Below are positions 22,843 through 38,200 of a stretch of 64,000 bases of DNA, in pieces; the stretch's first letter is position 1, and the number at the start of each line of letters is the position of its first letter. Made by a program: the position numbers and the translations under genes. The DNA is from Thalia democratica (taxonomy: Eukaryota). The stretch lies in assembly GCA_965202585.1 (NCBI GenBank), contig OZ241832.1:6076001-6140000 (forward strand). The letters are read 5' to 3'. The notes beneath the pieces were generated by a model. That model was not told the origin of the DNA, ran no database searches, and saw nothing but the letters and a program-made list of their open reading frames with translations.

Positions 22843-24629
22843 TGTTACCTAGAGAAACATCTTACAAAGCACTAAACAAGCTCGAATAAGGACAAACTAT
22901 ATTGAAAATGCCGTGTATTTCCAATAAGCACAAATTGTACAACAGGAGTCACCACACCTGACACCCAAAAGTTACATGAGCTGCCTTATTTGACGCAAAA
23001 AAGTTACGAGCAACAAGCGCCGGTTTAAACCCGATAAACTCCAATCAAAATCCGTATTTACAACCGAATGACTACGACTCTGTTTGTGATGAGCAACCAC
23101 CAAACTGTATTTACAAAGAATGTGACTGATTTGTTAAAGAAACTTCTTAAATAAAGCTGATGAAATTTTTTTGTTGAATGTTTTAAGCGTTGTTGTCAGA
23201 TTTTAACCAGAATAAAGCCAAATGTATTAAAAACACGTGAAAATCCATTTTTTTACAATCTAGCAACTTTACTTAACACCACTTGTTATTTTTCTAACTG
23301 ATGTTTTGGTCAAATTGCTGTATATGGTTTGTCAGGCTGGATATCAAGGTTTTTTACAGATGATGGAAAACTTTAAGTTTTTCAATTTAAACTTTTACTA
23401 GTGATGCTAATACTATCAATAAAATTATCAGTGTATTAATTATTACGTCACTCTACATAAAACTTCGATGTTTTCAAAATTTCGTAGAGTAAAAGTGGAC
23501 TGGACAGAAAAACGTTGATTTTTGTATTTATTTAAAAAATCGTATAAAAAATGGGTGAATTTTACACTTAGAATGATAAATCAAAATAACTGTTTTATAA
23601 GCACTGAAGTTAAAGTTTCGAGCAAGTTTTAAAAAATTAGTATGTAATCGAAAATTTAGATAAAAAGTTATGGGCGAAACAAATACAAAACATTGTAAAA
23701 AATATATCAAGTATATGCCATATGAACTGTAAGTACTAATCAAAAACTATAGAATGTGTTTGAAAGATGTGAAAAAGTGACAGTTTACAAACATTCAACG
23801 GTTAAACTAAATTTTTAAGGTACTCAGCTGATGCAAGTAATTTAATTCAGCTTTGAAACAAAAACAAAGTAAATCTAAGGGCTAGAAAAGTCTTAAAATG
23901 GTATGTTTGAACTTGATTTAAACAAGAAACTAATTCTAAGTGCTTTTAATAACACAAAGTAAAAACTTACAGTATTTTAGACACGGAATTTGAACAGGCG
24001 ACGATACAGCGAACAACCAAGATTAATTCAAGGAAACATAGAACAACAATGTCACTCTGAATTAGTTCCATATAATTGTTGAACTTGATTTAGAGCATGA
24101 TAGCCGGATTATTTACTACAAATATGTATAACTTGTAGTCAACATCCAGCAAATAATACTAAAAACCACGGTACAAAAATACGAAACTTTTTTTGAAAAT
24201 TTCTTCCAGGTTTTTTAAGAACTTTTGCTCTTTTTTAGTACAAAAAAAAAATAAGCTGAAAACAAAGTACTATTACGAAAATTAAAATATATTTTTTGAA
24301 TGATATACAATTTTTTCTATATGAATCGTATTCAATAGAATTTTCAATACTTAACATAAAAAAAATCTTATTTCTTTTTAAAATTTCAGATTTTTACAGG
24401 TTTTTAATGATTTTAGTTCAAAATTCTAGGTTTTTTGAGAGTTTTTTAACCAAAATTGTCTAGTTCCAAGTTTTCAAGTCTTTTTGCAACCCTGTTTATA
24501 TACTACTTTGGTACTTTATAAAGATTTTTGCTTATTATACAACTGTGGTAATTAACTGTAGTAGTAACTAACGAAATTACTTTACAGAAATTAAACTACT
24601 AAAAAAAGAAAATAAATGAATCGATAGTT

Positions 24630-27600
24630 TATCACAGAGATTATTTTATCACAGAGAAGCTGGAACGAATAAGTCATAAAGACTTTAAATAGGAAGTTTA
24701 TTTGAACTGTATTAGTTACTTGAAGGTAAAATAAGTGTTGTTTGAGACTTAAAGTTCAACTAATCATACAAACCAACACAACAAGATGATGATTGACAAT
24801 AAAATACTAATAAAGAATGTAGTGGGCCAGAAGTAGAACTAACTTACGAAACAACAAAATAGAAATATAATATCGTTTTAGACTTATAAACAAAGGCTAT
24901 TAAGTTTAGAGAAACAATGGAGAATATTTTTCAAACAAACTGATAATCAATTTTACAGTAATACAAACAAAATAATGAGCTTCAAACTAAAATACAAAAT
25001 TGGATCTACTTTCAATATTGTTGGAATAAAGTATGTTTGAATACGAACATGACATAATTCACAACTAATTTTTCCACAGTTTTGTTCTACTCTAAACCAA
25101 TACCTTTTAAAAATAAGTTATTTGAAATATTAAAGTTATTGTTAAAAAATAACTAACGTTAACAACCTCAAAATAAGAATTAGTTGGCGTAACGGTATTT
25201 GATACAATTAATCGAAAGTACAGAGCTTTGAATCGTTGAAACATTGTTTTTATTGTCAAATAAATCCATGTGGTTGCTTATAAATTTTAAGTAAAACAAA
25301 TAACACCTAGTCTATTTGTTTTAAATTATAATTGTAATGTGTAATTGTAATTAAACTAAAAGAGTGACATAAACAACTTTTAACTGACTTTTAAAAACAA
25401 ACCGTCTACAAGATATTTGGCATTTATTAGACAGTATTAAACACCATAAAATACTTTAACTATTTTAATTACAATAGATATTGAAAAACTAAACTACGAT
25501 GCAAAACTGTTGTGTTACTTATAGAACAATACCAAGGTTGTCTACTATAAAACTTAACCATTTATATTAAAACACCAAGGTTATGTACTATAAAACGTTA
25601 AGCTTTTACTTTTAGTTTAAACTTGTCTGTTAAAACAAATAATAAAACTCTGTTTAGTATCAGTTAGCTATGGGCTGTTAGTAGAATTGAGTACGAAACA
25701 GCGTTAACTCTCAATAACAAACGCTATTAGTTCAGGTTGAACAAAAGTTTAAATATTGTCAGTCATAAGAAATCATGAAAATATTTATAAATATGAAAAG
25801 TGATACAATTAAATGTCGATAAGAGTGGAACATATATTTTAGTTAACCCTAGAGTTTTATTTACTTATAAATCAATAACTATCCTACCTTTAACGACCCT
25901 ATAAGAATTTCTAAGCATACAAAATACATTTTAAATATAAGTATATATAATTATATTTAGTCTTTACTTAACCTTGGGCAAGATTTAGAACTAAATTACG
26001 AAACAAAAAACATAATATAACAACAAAGAAGACTTATACACAAACAATATCAATTAAAGAGAAACCGTAGATTCATTTAAAATAAACCTTGAAATAATTT
26101 TACTGTTAACAACAACAATTTTTAATTAAAAATATAAAACTGGATCTTGTTAAGTTAAAATAAATCATGAGTAAAACATTCTTTTCAATCCGGGAACAAC
26201 TTTTAAACCAAAAATTTATCGAAGTATAATTAATGTTGAAAGAAATTTAAAGTATAATTAGACTTACAAATAATCATTAGAATAAGTTCATAAGAAACCA
26301 TAGAAACATTTTTTTTGCCACAAACTTTAAGAAGTTCTACAGTAACATCAATGAAACATTAACTAAAATATGATCTAATGTTTTGATTGGAAATAAATCA
26401 TTTGTAAAAGACATTTTTGAACTAATTCCAGGTTTTGTTAAGCTCCATTGAGTTTTATACTGGTGATAAACAGAAGAAGTATGAATATTAAGATAGTAAT
26501 TTAAGAAAAGATGGGAAACAAAACATAACATTTAGTTCTGTTTTAGTTATGGAAACATATATGAAGCTTTGAGGCATTGTTAAACCAAACAGTTTAGATT
26601 TTATAAGAATCAAAATGTAATACTTATTCTTAATGTTTTTCAACATTATTGACATATTTGCCAAAAGTACAACTTAGACAAGACCATTACGTAAGATAGC
26701 CAAAAAAAAAACTAGGCTTGAAATGGAGTTATCAAAATTACTATAAACAATAACTAAACAAGACTTAAAATGATTTTTGAAGTGGGCTAAAATTGTTTGA
26801 TTGTAACAAAAACATAAGTTAAGCTAGCTATTGTTATTAGAAGACCTAATAAACTTTAAATGACGTGAAACTAAGACTAAAAGTATCACAAAGATTTTAT
26901 ATCGGAAGTATATTCGAACTGTAATTATTATCTTCATTTTAAGAAATTTTTAATTAATGTTACAGAAATACGAACAAAAAAATGAACTACCAACTAAAAA
27001 TACGAAATTAGATATAATTTTAATCTCGTTGAGAATAAGTATGTTTAATCACGAATAACACATAATTCTTAAAGCTCTATTCTAAACCAATATTTTTTTT
27101 AAATAAGTTGCACCATCTGAAGTGATAGAACAACGTATTGACAAATTAGGGCAAATTTACGAACCAGAGTTGCCATAATACTATTGTTTCTATGCCAGTT
27201 GAACGCTGAACACTTATTAAACGTTGGTTTATTTAAAACTAAAACCTCTAGTAAATAATTTGTAAGGCAAGCAATTGGTTTAAAGAAGTATGTTGAAAAC
27301 AATTAAAAGTCAGATGCAGGGAACTCAATTGAATTTTATATTGGAAATAAACTAATTTTTTAGTAAAATTAGATGTAGAGTGAATAGTCTAAGTAGATTT
27401 GGTAATTTAAAGTTGGATTATTTGTAGAATGAGTTACGTTAACAAGTAAAATTAAAGGAAAAAAATCGTAAATACTTAAATAAAATATAAACACATGCAT
27501 AGATTTCTAGAGATCTAACGTTTGGATGTAAATAAAATTACCCTTTTCACCTTAATTATCTTATTGAGAAATGCGTCCAAAATCAAACCAACCATATAGT

Positions 27601-30600
27601 TCTAGCTCATTAATAAAAAACGTAAGTTAGTGTAATAAATTACGAACAACAATGCAAAAACTAACAAAAAGCTAGACACTTTAAACGATATGTTACTAAA
27701 ATTTTGAGAAAGTTAGCGTACTAAAAGAGACTTCAAGATGACGTAACATTAGTGGGTACTAAGACTAAGTAAAGTTCAACTAAAATACCTAAATTTAATG
27801 GACACAAAAAAATGTTTCGTTACTATAACAATGGATACAACTTTATGTGGACAAACTAAGACGTTTGTTATGAGAAATTTAAACTTAATTGGTAGTTAAG
27901 TGGAAACTTGTTTTAATAAGCCTTAACATTATTTTACAGTAACAACAGCAAAAAATGAAGTGTCTAACTTGATTAAAACTACTAATAATATTAAAGTATA
28001 ATAACGAACTTGACTTATAAACAAACTTTAGAATAAATTAAACCGTAAATTAATTCAATTAGATAAAACCATAAAAATTTGGCTTAAATGGCACAACATA
28101 AATTCAGCTGAAAAAAACTCTAAACAAAATCTTTAAATAAGCCTGTAAGTGGGATGTATATTTCATCTGTAATATTACTTGAAAGAAACAGTTTAATCTT
28201 TTAGATTTATAGATAATTATATGTTGTTTATGACATAAAACTAGAAATAATCATATAAACCAGCACAAAATGGTAATAATTAATGATTAAGTAATTAGAA
28301 TTTATTGTAATTTTGACATTAGTTTTATTTAAACGCAGGAATAAAGTATAAAAAGAGTTAATTGCCATATACATATGTATTATTTAATTGCACCTTACTT
28401 AATATTTATTATGATGTTATGATTACATTACCTTATCGATATTCCTTACGTACTTAAGACAGAATACACTACTTACCTTAAAAAATTCTACCAAAATTAA
28501 CCTTTTAATACGACTTAAAAGTTTAATAAAAAGTGAGAATAGTAGTAGTAAACTAATTAGAGAAATGGTACTAAAAAGTAAATCTAGTTTTGAGACATGT
28601 TTACCCTTGTGTTTACATAGATTAAATCAGCAGGAAAATATAAAATATTTAAGTTAAATGTACACGCATTACAAACATACGAATTTGAGGGTACTAAATG
28701 CTTATAAGCAAAAATATCATTTAGACAAGACAAATATGTATGATATGCTCATTATTGTATACAAAAAACTTTGCTGAATCGTACTACAAAAACTATTTTA
28801 AAAAATAGTAAACAAAACCTCAAAAATAAAATAGTTACTTAATTGGCGTAACTGTGTTTGTTTAAAAAAAATTAAAGCTGGTAAACAGTTTATCAATTCG
28901 CCATTTTTAGTTTAGCTAAAGGCAGTTTTATAGTGTTAATATATACAAGGTTGTCACATATCTAGTTGAAAAAATTTACGGATTTTTGAATTTAATTCAA
29001 AAATACATATATTCAAAAACTAGCAACTTTACTTTAAATAAACAATTTATCTCATTGAATTTCGAGTGGGATAAATATTTTTTTAAAGCAATAAAAACAA
29101 CAGCATAAACTAGCGCAACAAGATAATAATTAATGATGAAATCATAAGAGTTGGTTGTAGTTTGAATATTTGTTCAACTTAAGTTTTGTAAGGGAGTGTA
29201 CAAAATTACATGAATAAAACTGTTTAATTAAGAAACACTGCTCTATCAAATTAAAATAGTAGGAAAACAAACAACAATGATTGTTTAATATCGAAATTAA
29301 TTTGATAAAATCAAGACTTATGATCAGGGTTGCCACAGGATTTCTTCTAGATTTTTTTAATTACACGTTTATTGGTCTGTTTTTAATTAAAAATTAAGTT
29401 TAAGGTAAAAAATGCGTTAAACAGTATAACAACATAACTGTAAAGCTACTTTAAATGTGTTTAAAAAAAATAGTGATGACAAATAATATATATAAATACA
29501 TTTGATAGATTATTCGCGTCGAATCAAGATTTTACTACTTAACATGTAAAAGTTGCTTAAAATTCAAGGTTATTTCAAAGTTTCACAAGCTCCAGGTTTT
29601 TTGGCAACCCTGAATGATATAAATATTACAATAAACATAAAAAGTAGTCATTAGTATCAATAAAGTATTGTGTACTTTTTATTTAATAGATCACAATAAA
29701 AGTTTTTGACTAAATAATAAGGAGAATAATCAGTTTAATATTTTAAATTTTATTAACAAAACAACTTTTACTCGTTTCAACTAAATCAAAGGAGACCAGG
29801 CAATAAAATATTACTAGTTGGTTACCATACATGCTTAAATAGAAGAATTTTATTAAAAAAACATGTTATTCATTATTCATTATGCATATGTTAGTAATGC
29901 CTGCATTATATGATACGTATATACTTCGCTAATAAAGTACAAAACATTTTAAAACTAAACAATATCTGATATTTACTATATGTCCATAACTTGTGGTAAT
30001 ATAAAATTCTAATTTATAACAAATGAGACCTCCCAAAATGATGACGTAATAATCATGAATAAATAAAAATACCGAAATTTAATGAAAAAGACAGTAATTT
30101 GTTTGTTAGATTTTTTAAAATGGCCACGTTTTCTGAGTACAAATTAAGGTGTAAATGTACATTTTTATGAAGGAGAGCAAAATAGCTATATGAAAAAGTT
30201 TAGCTCACTGTCTATTCAAGTAACAATTAAAATTTTCCAACGATGCATTATGCTTGATAATAATAACGACTACAGTGAACAACTTAAATATTTTGTGGCT
30301 GAGATACCGGTTGCAAAAAACTAGAAAAAAAAGAGTAAATTGTATAAAGGCTTTATCTTTTTTAAACAACGTCAGAGTGAAATTAGTCCATTAAATCAAC
30401 AGTCTTCACTTAACTTTGTTCTACATATACCAACAAAACTAAAATATAGTTACGAACTAGACCTATATGTAAACAATAGAATTACTTTACAAGAAACCAT
30501 AGAATTTTTTAAACAGCCATTAGAAAAAACCATAAAACATAATTTAATTTATGACAATAAATCCAATTTCAACTTTGTTGAACTTTTGTAAAACAAATCC

Positions 30601-33600
30601 TTAGTTAACACTATGTTTTAATTTATCCCAGAGCTTTGTTAAGCTTAAATATTTATAATTTAAATAATTGATTTTTAAACCAATACTTATCTAACGAAAA
30701 ACGTCCACATAAAGTTTCTAATTATAGTAAATTATCTTGCCATGAATGCTGACGTTTTATTACTTTTAACGGAACATTTACTTAATTCTATTTCATATTA
30801 GTGATAAGCAGAAGACTTATCAATAGTCGAGAAGCTGATAAAAGGTTGACGATAAAAACATACTTAGTTAATATTATAAAATTTTTTAGGCATTGTTTGA
30901 GTAATGAACTTATATTTATACTAAAAGTTTAGTGCATAACATTTAGTTGAATAAATATATATTTTTTCATTTAAACTCAGTTTCAGTTAGTAAGATTTAA
31001 CATATAAATTAACGGATAGATGTAATAAAATTAAAATATCAACAGGCAGAATTACATAAGGCCTAGAAGTGTACCTTACTTAAAATGCGTACTTTTCAGT
31101 TACATAGATAAATAAAAATGTCTTCATTATTTTTAAATATAAAGATGCCAAACAAGCACAACAATCACATTTTTTTTATTAATAAACTTTTAAATATAAA
31201 ACAACCAATTCATCATCAAAAATAAAACTAAGAATATTTATACAAACCGTGAAACTAGACTGAAAAACTCTCAAAGCTTTATACAATGCTGGAAGTATAC
31301 TCGAACTGTAATTGTAATGTAAAAGTTTAATAAAAAATAATTAAAATATTAAGAAATAAGGTTGAAAACAGTTATACAAACCAGCGCAACAACGATAAAA
31401 TACTAAAAGCTGATTGTAGCTTGAAAATTAGTTTTTTTTGAAAATACTAAGAATATCTACATACATCAAAGTTTTTATTTAAGAAATACTTTATATTCAA
31501 ACTGAAGCAGTCTCAAAAAAAATAAACAAAGTTTATGTAGAAAAACAAAAAGATTGAAAAGTGAACTTGAGAATCAATTGATCAATTTGATAGCTAAACT
31601 AAACTTTTGATCGTACTGAAATACATAAAGCCCAGAGACGTACCTTACTTTAAATGCGTAACTTACATTTTTAGATACCCTAACATTTTTACACAGATAA
31701 TTAAAATGTCTTTATTATTTTAAAATATAAAAATTCCAAACAAGCACGAAACTTATATCTTGTTTTTAAAAATTAAAAAAAGTTAATTAAACAAGACGCT
31801 CATTGAAATCATACAAAACTGAGAAGACTTATACGAATCGTGAAACTAGAATGAACTTTAAACAAGTACTGTTTGAGACATAAGGTGTAAATGTTCATAA
31901 AAACAACCACAACAACATAATAGTAAATAACAAAACACTAATGACTTACTGTAGATCGAAGATTAGTATAATTTGAAAATATCAAGAGAATATTGTCTTT
32001 TGAATCTTTTATTGATGAGAAACAGAATATTAAGAGCTTAGCAGTAAGAAATGCTATGAAGAGTAGAACATTTATTGTGGAAACACTAAGTGTTGTTTGT
32101 AAATTTCTTTTAGGTTTTAAAAAACACGTTTTTTGGTCCATTTTTAGTTGGTCATTTAATTTAAGTAAAAAAATAGTCTTTAATGGCATAACAACATTGT
32201 AAATATACTGTAAAGGTACTCCTAGTGTGTTATACAATGAAATTATATATTGGTGATACGAAAAAATTCGTTACTTTACATAAAATAAAAATAATGTTTT
32301 TATTAACTTTGGTTCGAACTGTTCTGGGTTTTTCCAGGGTTTTAGGTTTCAAAAAGTCGACAACATAGCTCTTTACAGGGGCTACAATCAATAATAAAAG
32401 TGATGAACCGAAAAAGTAAATGTGTAATCAACAGTAAGGAGTTTTTTGTTACTTGTGCCAAGTGGACATTTAAAAAAAAATTGTGAAACCTCGGAACTAA
32501 GAGCTTAATAAAAACTTAATCATAAAATTATAATCGCAGCTATTTTGACATACTTAAACTAATCAAAGCATATAAGAGTCCACCCTATTAGATTTAAAAT
32601 CGAAAAAGCGAGTTTAATCTGAAATATAAATTTGTTAATTGAATTAGTTAAGAAAGTAGTTTGACTGAATGGGTCATGACTTTGAATGAATAACGTATAC
32701 GAAGCATTAACTTTGTTTTTGTCTAACAAATAACAAACATAACAAAGATAATGCAGTATCCCGACATGAAATATGACATGTTTAATTCAACCGAGAACTA
32801 AAAAAGTAAAAAATGAGAGTACTAACTATAAAAACCAAGTAAGTTCACAAACAAGTTTAAATATATCAAAAATAAAAGAACATTAGTCATTACTTTCCAC
32901 ATAAAAAATTGTTAAACAAAATATGTTTGTTTAAAGACTCAATAATTAAGAAAGGACCCACTGATTGTATATATTAAAAACAATTCACGTAGCTATAGAA
33001 AACGTAAACATAAACTGTATTTGTTTAACAATAGTAAAATTTTTATTACGAAATGAACGGTTTAGTTAACAAATTAAAAAAAACTTAAGTATGACTAAAA
33101 CCTGAAGTATTTATTGGTAACACGTTAACGTCTATAGTTAATATGTAAAGTTACTCTGAATAACTTAAATTTATAGAAAAAATACTTAAAATAGAAAATT
33201 AAATGAAATTAACTAACTGCTGGACAAAGCAATCGTAAAACAGTTAAAAATCATATATGTACTTGAAAAAAACAACTACTTTGTTTGATTTTAATATGCA
33301 AAGTTGCAACTTTAGAGAGTTAAACATTTCAGTTGGAACATTTGTTAACCTTTTATGACAAAATAGTTTGGCACAGATTTAATCTGTTTATTAGTTTACT
33401 AAAAAAGTTTTTATGTACTTTGCATATCAAATTATAAGGTTCTGTCTAGATTAAGTATATTGTTTATAAAAATACGCAGTAACAAGTATAGTACATACAC
33501 ACATATAATTGAGCTGTTACTTGTTAAAACTAAATAATTTTTATATAGAAAGTTTTGTGTTTAAGTTTACCATTGCTATCTAAGCACTTTTAACTACTTG

Positions 33601-34420
33601 CAAAAGACAGTTTTTAAATATAACTTGCATATATCTATATGATAAATATTACTACTACTAGAATAATTATTAAAAAACTTATAATCAATGAGAATACCGG
33701 ATTATGACGCAAGAACGTAGTAAAATAAAGTAATTAATAAGTTCAAGGATTTGACGTGGAAAAAAGCAGAAAACGAAAATACAATTGATGCAAATGATTT
33801 GTAAATTTACCTAATTTTATGTGGACAAGTTAAGACGTAAATTTTTAGTAGAAGTATTTAAAACAAGTGGCTCATGAGTAATATATATCTGTTATCTTTC
33901 ATACAACTAAAGAGTGAAATTAGTCTGTTCTATCTAATAACTTCTAGTGAAAATAAAGTTTGAAGTACTAGCACATTAACTCGGACGTAACTCATTAAAA
34001 AACTGGTAAATCTTAATATAATAGATGTTTTATCTTCAATTATTAGAAAGTTATTTGCTTAAAAAGATAGTTTATAAACATAACTTAAGTTTATTTTACA
34101 TAAGTAGCAATAACCTAAAAAATTATATAAAAAAAGAGACTGCCTCATTATGACGCAACAATATAGTAAAACAAAATAAAAAAAATTAAGGATTTAATGT
34201 TGAAAAATAGCAGAAAAAGAAAAGTTCGTATAATTGATGCAAATGATTTTTTAAATTTCCTAACTTTAAGTGGACAAATTAAGAAGAAAACGTTTAATGT
34301 ATAAGTAGCATAAATTTGAAACAAGTGGCTCATGAGTAATTTATATCTGTTATCTTTCATACAACTTGATAGTTTAATAAGTATGTCATATGTTTTCGTT
34401 AAGTGAAATTAAGTTAAATT
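24630..34420 (+). pseudogene. Array of degenerate paralogous coding-like modules of an unassigned family (also ~5,180-12,000 and ~48,390-58,170)
   Basis: Shared motifs recur: gtgaaacta(g/a)...ggaagtata(t/c)tcgaactgtaa (near 5,185, 7,296, 26,860, 31,247; a weaker copy at 31,840), aattggcgtaac (5,703, 9,390) and tgtggacaa...taag (8,395, 11,852, 33,820, 34,268). The best-preserved frame is 30,340-30,591 / 54,009-54,347. Stops and frameshifts are numerous, and I cannot assign the family. Confidence 0.4.
29325..29612. mobile_element. 288-bp MITE with 11-bp TIRs CAGGGTTGCCA (hAT-like by TIR; inference)
   Basis: cagggttgcca at 29,325-29,335 and tggcaaccctg at 29,602-29,612. No clean 8-bp TSD (cttatgat vs aatgatat). 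Confidence 0.65.
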
Positions 34421-34488
34421 CAGTCATGTATTAGTCATGACTTAAAAGTACTAGCACATTTTCTCGTACATCCAAGTCATAACTAAAA

Positions 34489-34636
34489 TAGGTGCCGACC
34501 AGCAGAGTAACCGGGCCTAAAGGACAAGAATTAAAAAAAAACTAAGGGCAGGCCGGGAGATGACAGGTGCGAAGCACCGTGTCATCGACCGGCCGTAGCC
34601 CTTCGATGTTTTTTTTTAATTCTTGTCCGCTACCTA
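34489..34636 (+). other. Long fold-back hairpin, copy 2
   Basis: Identical to 12,069-12,216 (stem 34,522-34,628). Confidence 0.85.
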
Positions 34637-35040
34637 AAACTTACCAATCAAACTCATCAATGTAAAACCACTCAGTTATTAATTGAAAAACTAAAACTGA
34701 TATTACCGTCAGGCCTTTAATGGTTAAACACTAATAAGTTAGATCATATAAGCTCAAGGTTGTTTAAAAGATAACAGATAAAGACCGTACAAATATAACG
34801 CAAAAACGTACATTTGTTTGGCAGTTACGCTACTCACGGTCCATTTGACAGAAAAAGGTGGCCTCCAAAAAAAAAAGGCCGCGAAGAAAAAGAGAGAAGG
34901 AAAAAGTGAAAATTTTTTCGCCGGCGGAGCCGGCGAAATGCCTTAAAAAAATTTTTTAAATAATCTACATCAAAAATTTCCCACCCATTTTCACATTAGG
35001 GGAATCCCCAATTTGAAAAAATGGGTGACAGGGCTTTGAA

Positions 35041-35235
35041 ATTTAGTGCGTACCTTACGCGGATGCGTACTTCTTAAAAATTACCTTTATTTGTAACAGG
35101 GAATGTATATTTAAAAATCAGTGCGTACCTTACGCGGATGCGTACTTCTTAAAAATTACCTTTACTTGTAACAGGGAATGTATATTAAAAATTAGTGCGT
35201 ACTTTATGCGGGTGCGTACCTCATGCGCTTAATAT
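35041..35235 (+). repeat. ~75-bp direct repeats, copy 2
   Basis: Cores at 35,044, 35,119 and 35,193. Confidence 0.9.
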
Positions 35236-38200
35236 GGTTTAGATTGAAATGAAATTGATTCAGCCATCAACCTCGTTAGTCACCTATTGTTTTACATATA
35301 CATAGAAAACAGTTCATAGATATAACTGATCTACTTCTTAATGACAGAAAATGAACCAAATAAAATGATTACTATCAAAAACAGATTCTTTAAATGTTTA
35401 CATGGACAAATCTATTTATATGATTGAACTGTGTTCTATGTACATTGAAACAATAGGCGCTTAACTTGCTTGTGTAAATTAACTTTACTTGGTAATCTTT
35501 TCAAAACAGTATAAACTTTATTTAATCAAAAATAAGTATGCACTTGAGATTTTGATTTAGATATTCTTGTCAAAAATTACATTTAAATTGTCACACACTT
35601 TTTATAGCTTTTATTAAATTCAATTTTATACTGTTCCTACTACAAGATATCATTCTACTGTATTTTACATAATAACTTGACTAATTAACAAACAATTATC
35701 TCTTTATCAATTAAAAACATATGCTTTTTTATGCACTGTTACTAGAACTACTCACTGGTGTATTTTATTAACTTAATATTTTTACTAACAGACTTAAAAT
35801 TAGACTGTCTAGTGCATTAATCATTGAACTCAGACAGCTTATTAAGTTTACATATAAACTAAAGGTGTTTACTATTTTGAATTCATCAATACATTGTTAC
35901 AAACTAAAACAATTAAACCATACTAATCTATGTGACAGATTTTCCTGTTATTCATTTCAAACTTTTTCAACTACTTGCATCTTAAATACTCTGCAGATAA
36001 CATCATTTAAAACCTTTGTGTCTGTATTAACCTGATATAACAAATAACTTTTATACTATTCCCAAAATTTAGTCTTAACACAAGTACATTGAGTTTTTAA
36101 CCATATTTAATGTTGTTTCATTAGCATTAAACCTTTTAATCTTCTAACAAATGATCTATCTTTGACACATACATAGAAAACAGTACAGCAAGTTTTTGAT
36201 AAAAGCTTGTTAGTGCACTCATATGAACAAAAGAAATTGTTGATAGATAAAAGACTAGAAAGAAGTTATTGATAGAAGAACAAAAAAAATTTAAACAAAA
36301 GTAAACTTCATACACATATGCACTAACAACCTTTAAATTTTGCTTGCTGTGAACTGCTTTGTAAGTGTGTGAATGCAAACTTAAAATTTGGAACATTTTT
36401 CCATTTTTTTTACTAAAAAACCTATTCCTGGTATGGTTTAATTGGTTTCTTTTGTAAACAATTCAATAAAACAGTTAGCTTTTGAAACTTATAGAGAAGT
36501 ACTACAATTATGTTTTAAAATCGCTCTTGCTACTAATCTTACATGCACAGTTTAAAAAGAATAACAGCTTATTGCAAATGATTAATCTATTAATTTGTAA
36601 ACTACATTAATACAATCTGAATTTAAATTTTATGCTGTAAATAAACTTCTACACTTAGCTTGCTGTCTATATGGGCTTCATTCATGAATATAATACATCT
36701 TTATACAATCTTATAAAATTAAACACAAGTGTTGCTACTTATTAATGATCTTATTTCCGTTTCAGTCTAATTTAAGTTTACTGTTAAGGTAGCCTATTAA
36801 TTTTAGGAGAATGAAGCCCAAGTACAATAATATGTTTATGATATTTAACATTTGGTCATTATAAACCAAGGTTACCATTCTTTGAATAGAAAATGCTTGT
36901 CTGAATTATTTGTGTAAAATTTACAAAAAAATGTTAACATATAAAAGCTTAACAAGTTTAAAGTTATTCAGGCCTGAGTACTCAAAGATTTACAATGCTA
37001 ACAAAGGGTCTCAATTTAGAAACAAAAATTTAATGACAACAAAGGGTTTAAAGTTTACTTATTTTTACTACTGAACACCTAACTAGTCTGATTGGTAACC
37101 TTGGCGAAAACAATTAGTTAATTCTAGGAGTAATTTTATCTAATACATCAAACTAACCTCAACAACTGCTACTGTAGTAGGTACTCCCCATCCAATTGGA
37201 TCCATGTTCAAAATAGTGTAATCCATTTATAAAACTTAACATGAAGGAAAAAGTCACAGTTACAACTTATAAAGATACAACCTTTGAAACAAACTGAGAA
37301 GTTTTAAGACTTTGCAAAGGCTTAGAAAAATTTTATTTTTGCTCAGCTTACTTTACAATGATGTTTCAATCTTAACTTTTGGCAAAATTATACAGATTGC
37401 AAGAGATGCTAGTTTTTAAAGCCTCTTGGTTTCATTCTAGCATGATGCAAGTGCATTCAGACTAATTGACTTTTCTGAACATGACATGCTAGTTTGTATT
37501 AAAAATTTTCACAAACTTTAGACTAAAGACTGTTTTTGTGACTAAGATTGTTTCATTCATATGCTTAATGAAAAATAAGAATATAAAATTAAGAGCTTTG
37601 TCAAAGGTTTTGCAAAAGATAAATAAAATTTATTATCAACAAACACTTCAAAGACTGTTGATTCTTAACTAGATCAACACACTTCTTAAAATTAATCAGT
37701 AAGTATAAAGAAATTAATGTTTTAGAAGATAAAATGAAAAACAACCATCAATTATAAGATTTGTATTAAACAATATTGACAGTTAATAGATGAAGTACTT
37801 TGTTTAGTGTACTCAAACTGCACAGTGAAAGAAAGAAAGAAAAATTAAGTCCAGAGCCTAGAGCTCCTTCTTCTACAACTACTTTTATCAAATGAGTTTG
37901 CCCAGGCAAAAATTTTTTCTACAAAATGCTATCTTGTTGTGATGTCACATTAAAATGTAAGATTTTCCAGAATTCTTAAAAAACTACAAATCGAAACACT
38001 ATCTGAGCATAGCAGAGCGATTTTTGACTTTTTCGAACACAAAATATTATTTATTTGACGTAGTGCTAAACATTACTTTTTTTTATCATTTGTAAAAGCT
38101 AAAATTACTTGTTTACATTGTTTAAACCTTATTTTAGTTTGACGATTCTTTTATTTATTCTTTTTATAGTTTTTTTTTTTTAAGTTTTAGTTTTTTTACC

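Noticed and set aside
24165-24494. Second CAGGGTTGC-type MITE (right end gcaaccctg at 24,486-24,494; also ~4,700-5,039)
   Set aside because: The left TIR is too degenerate (cacggtac) to define the element; probably a decayed relative.
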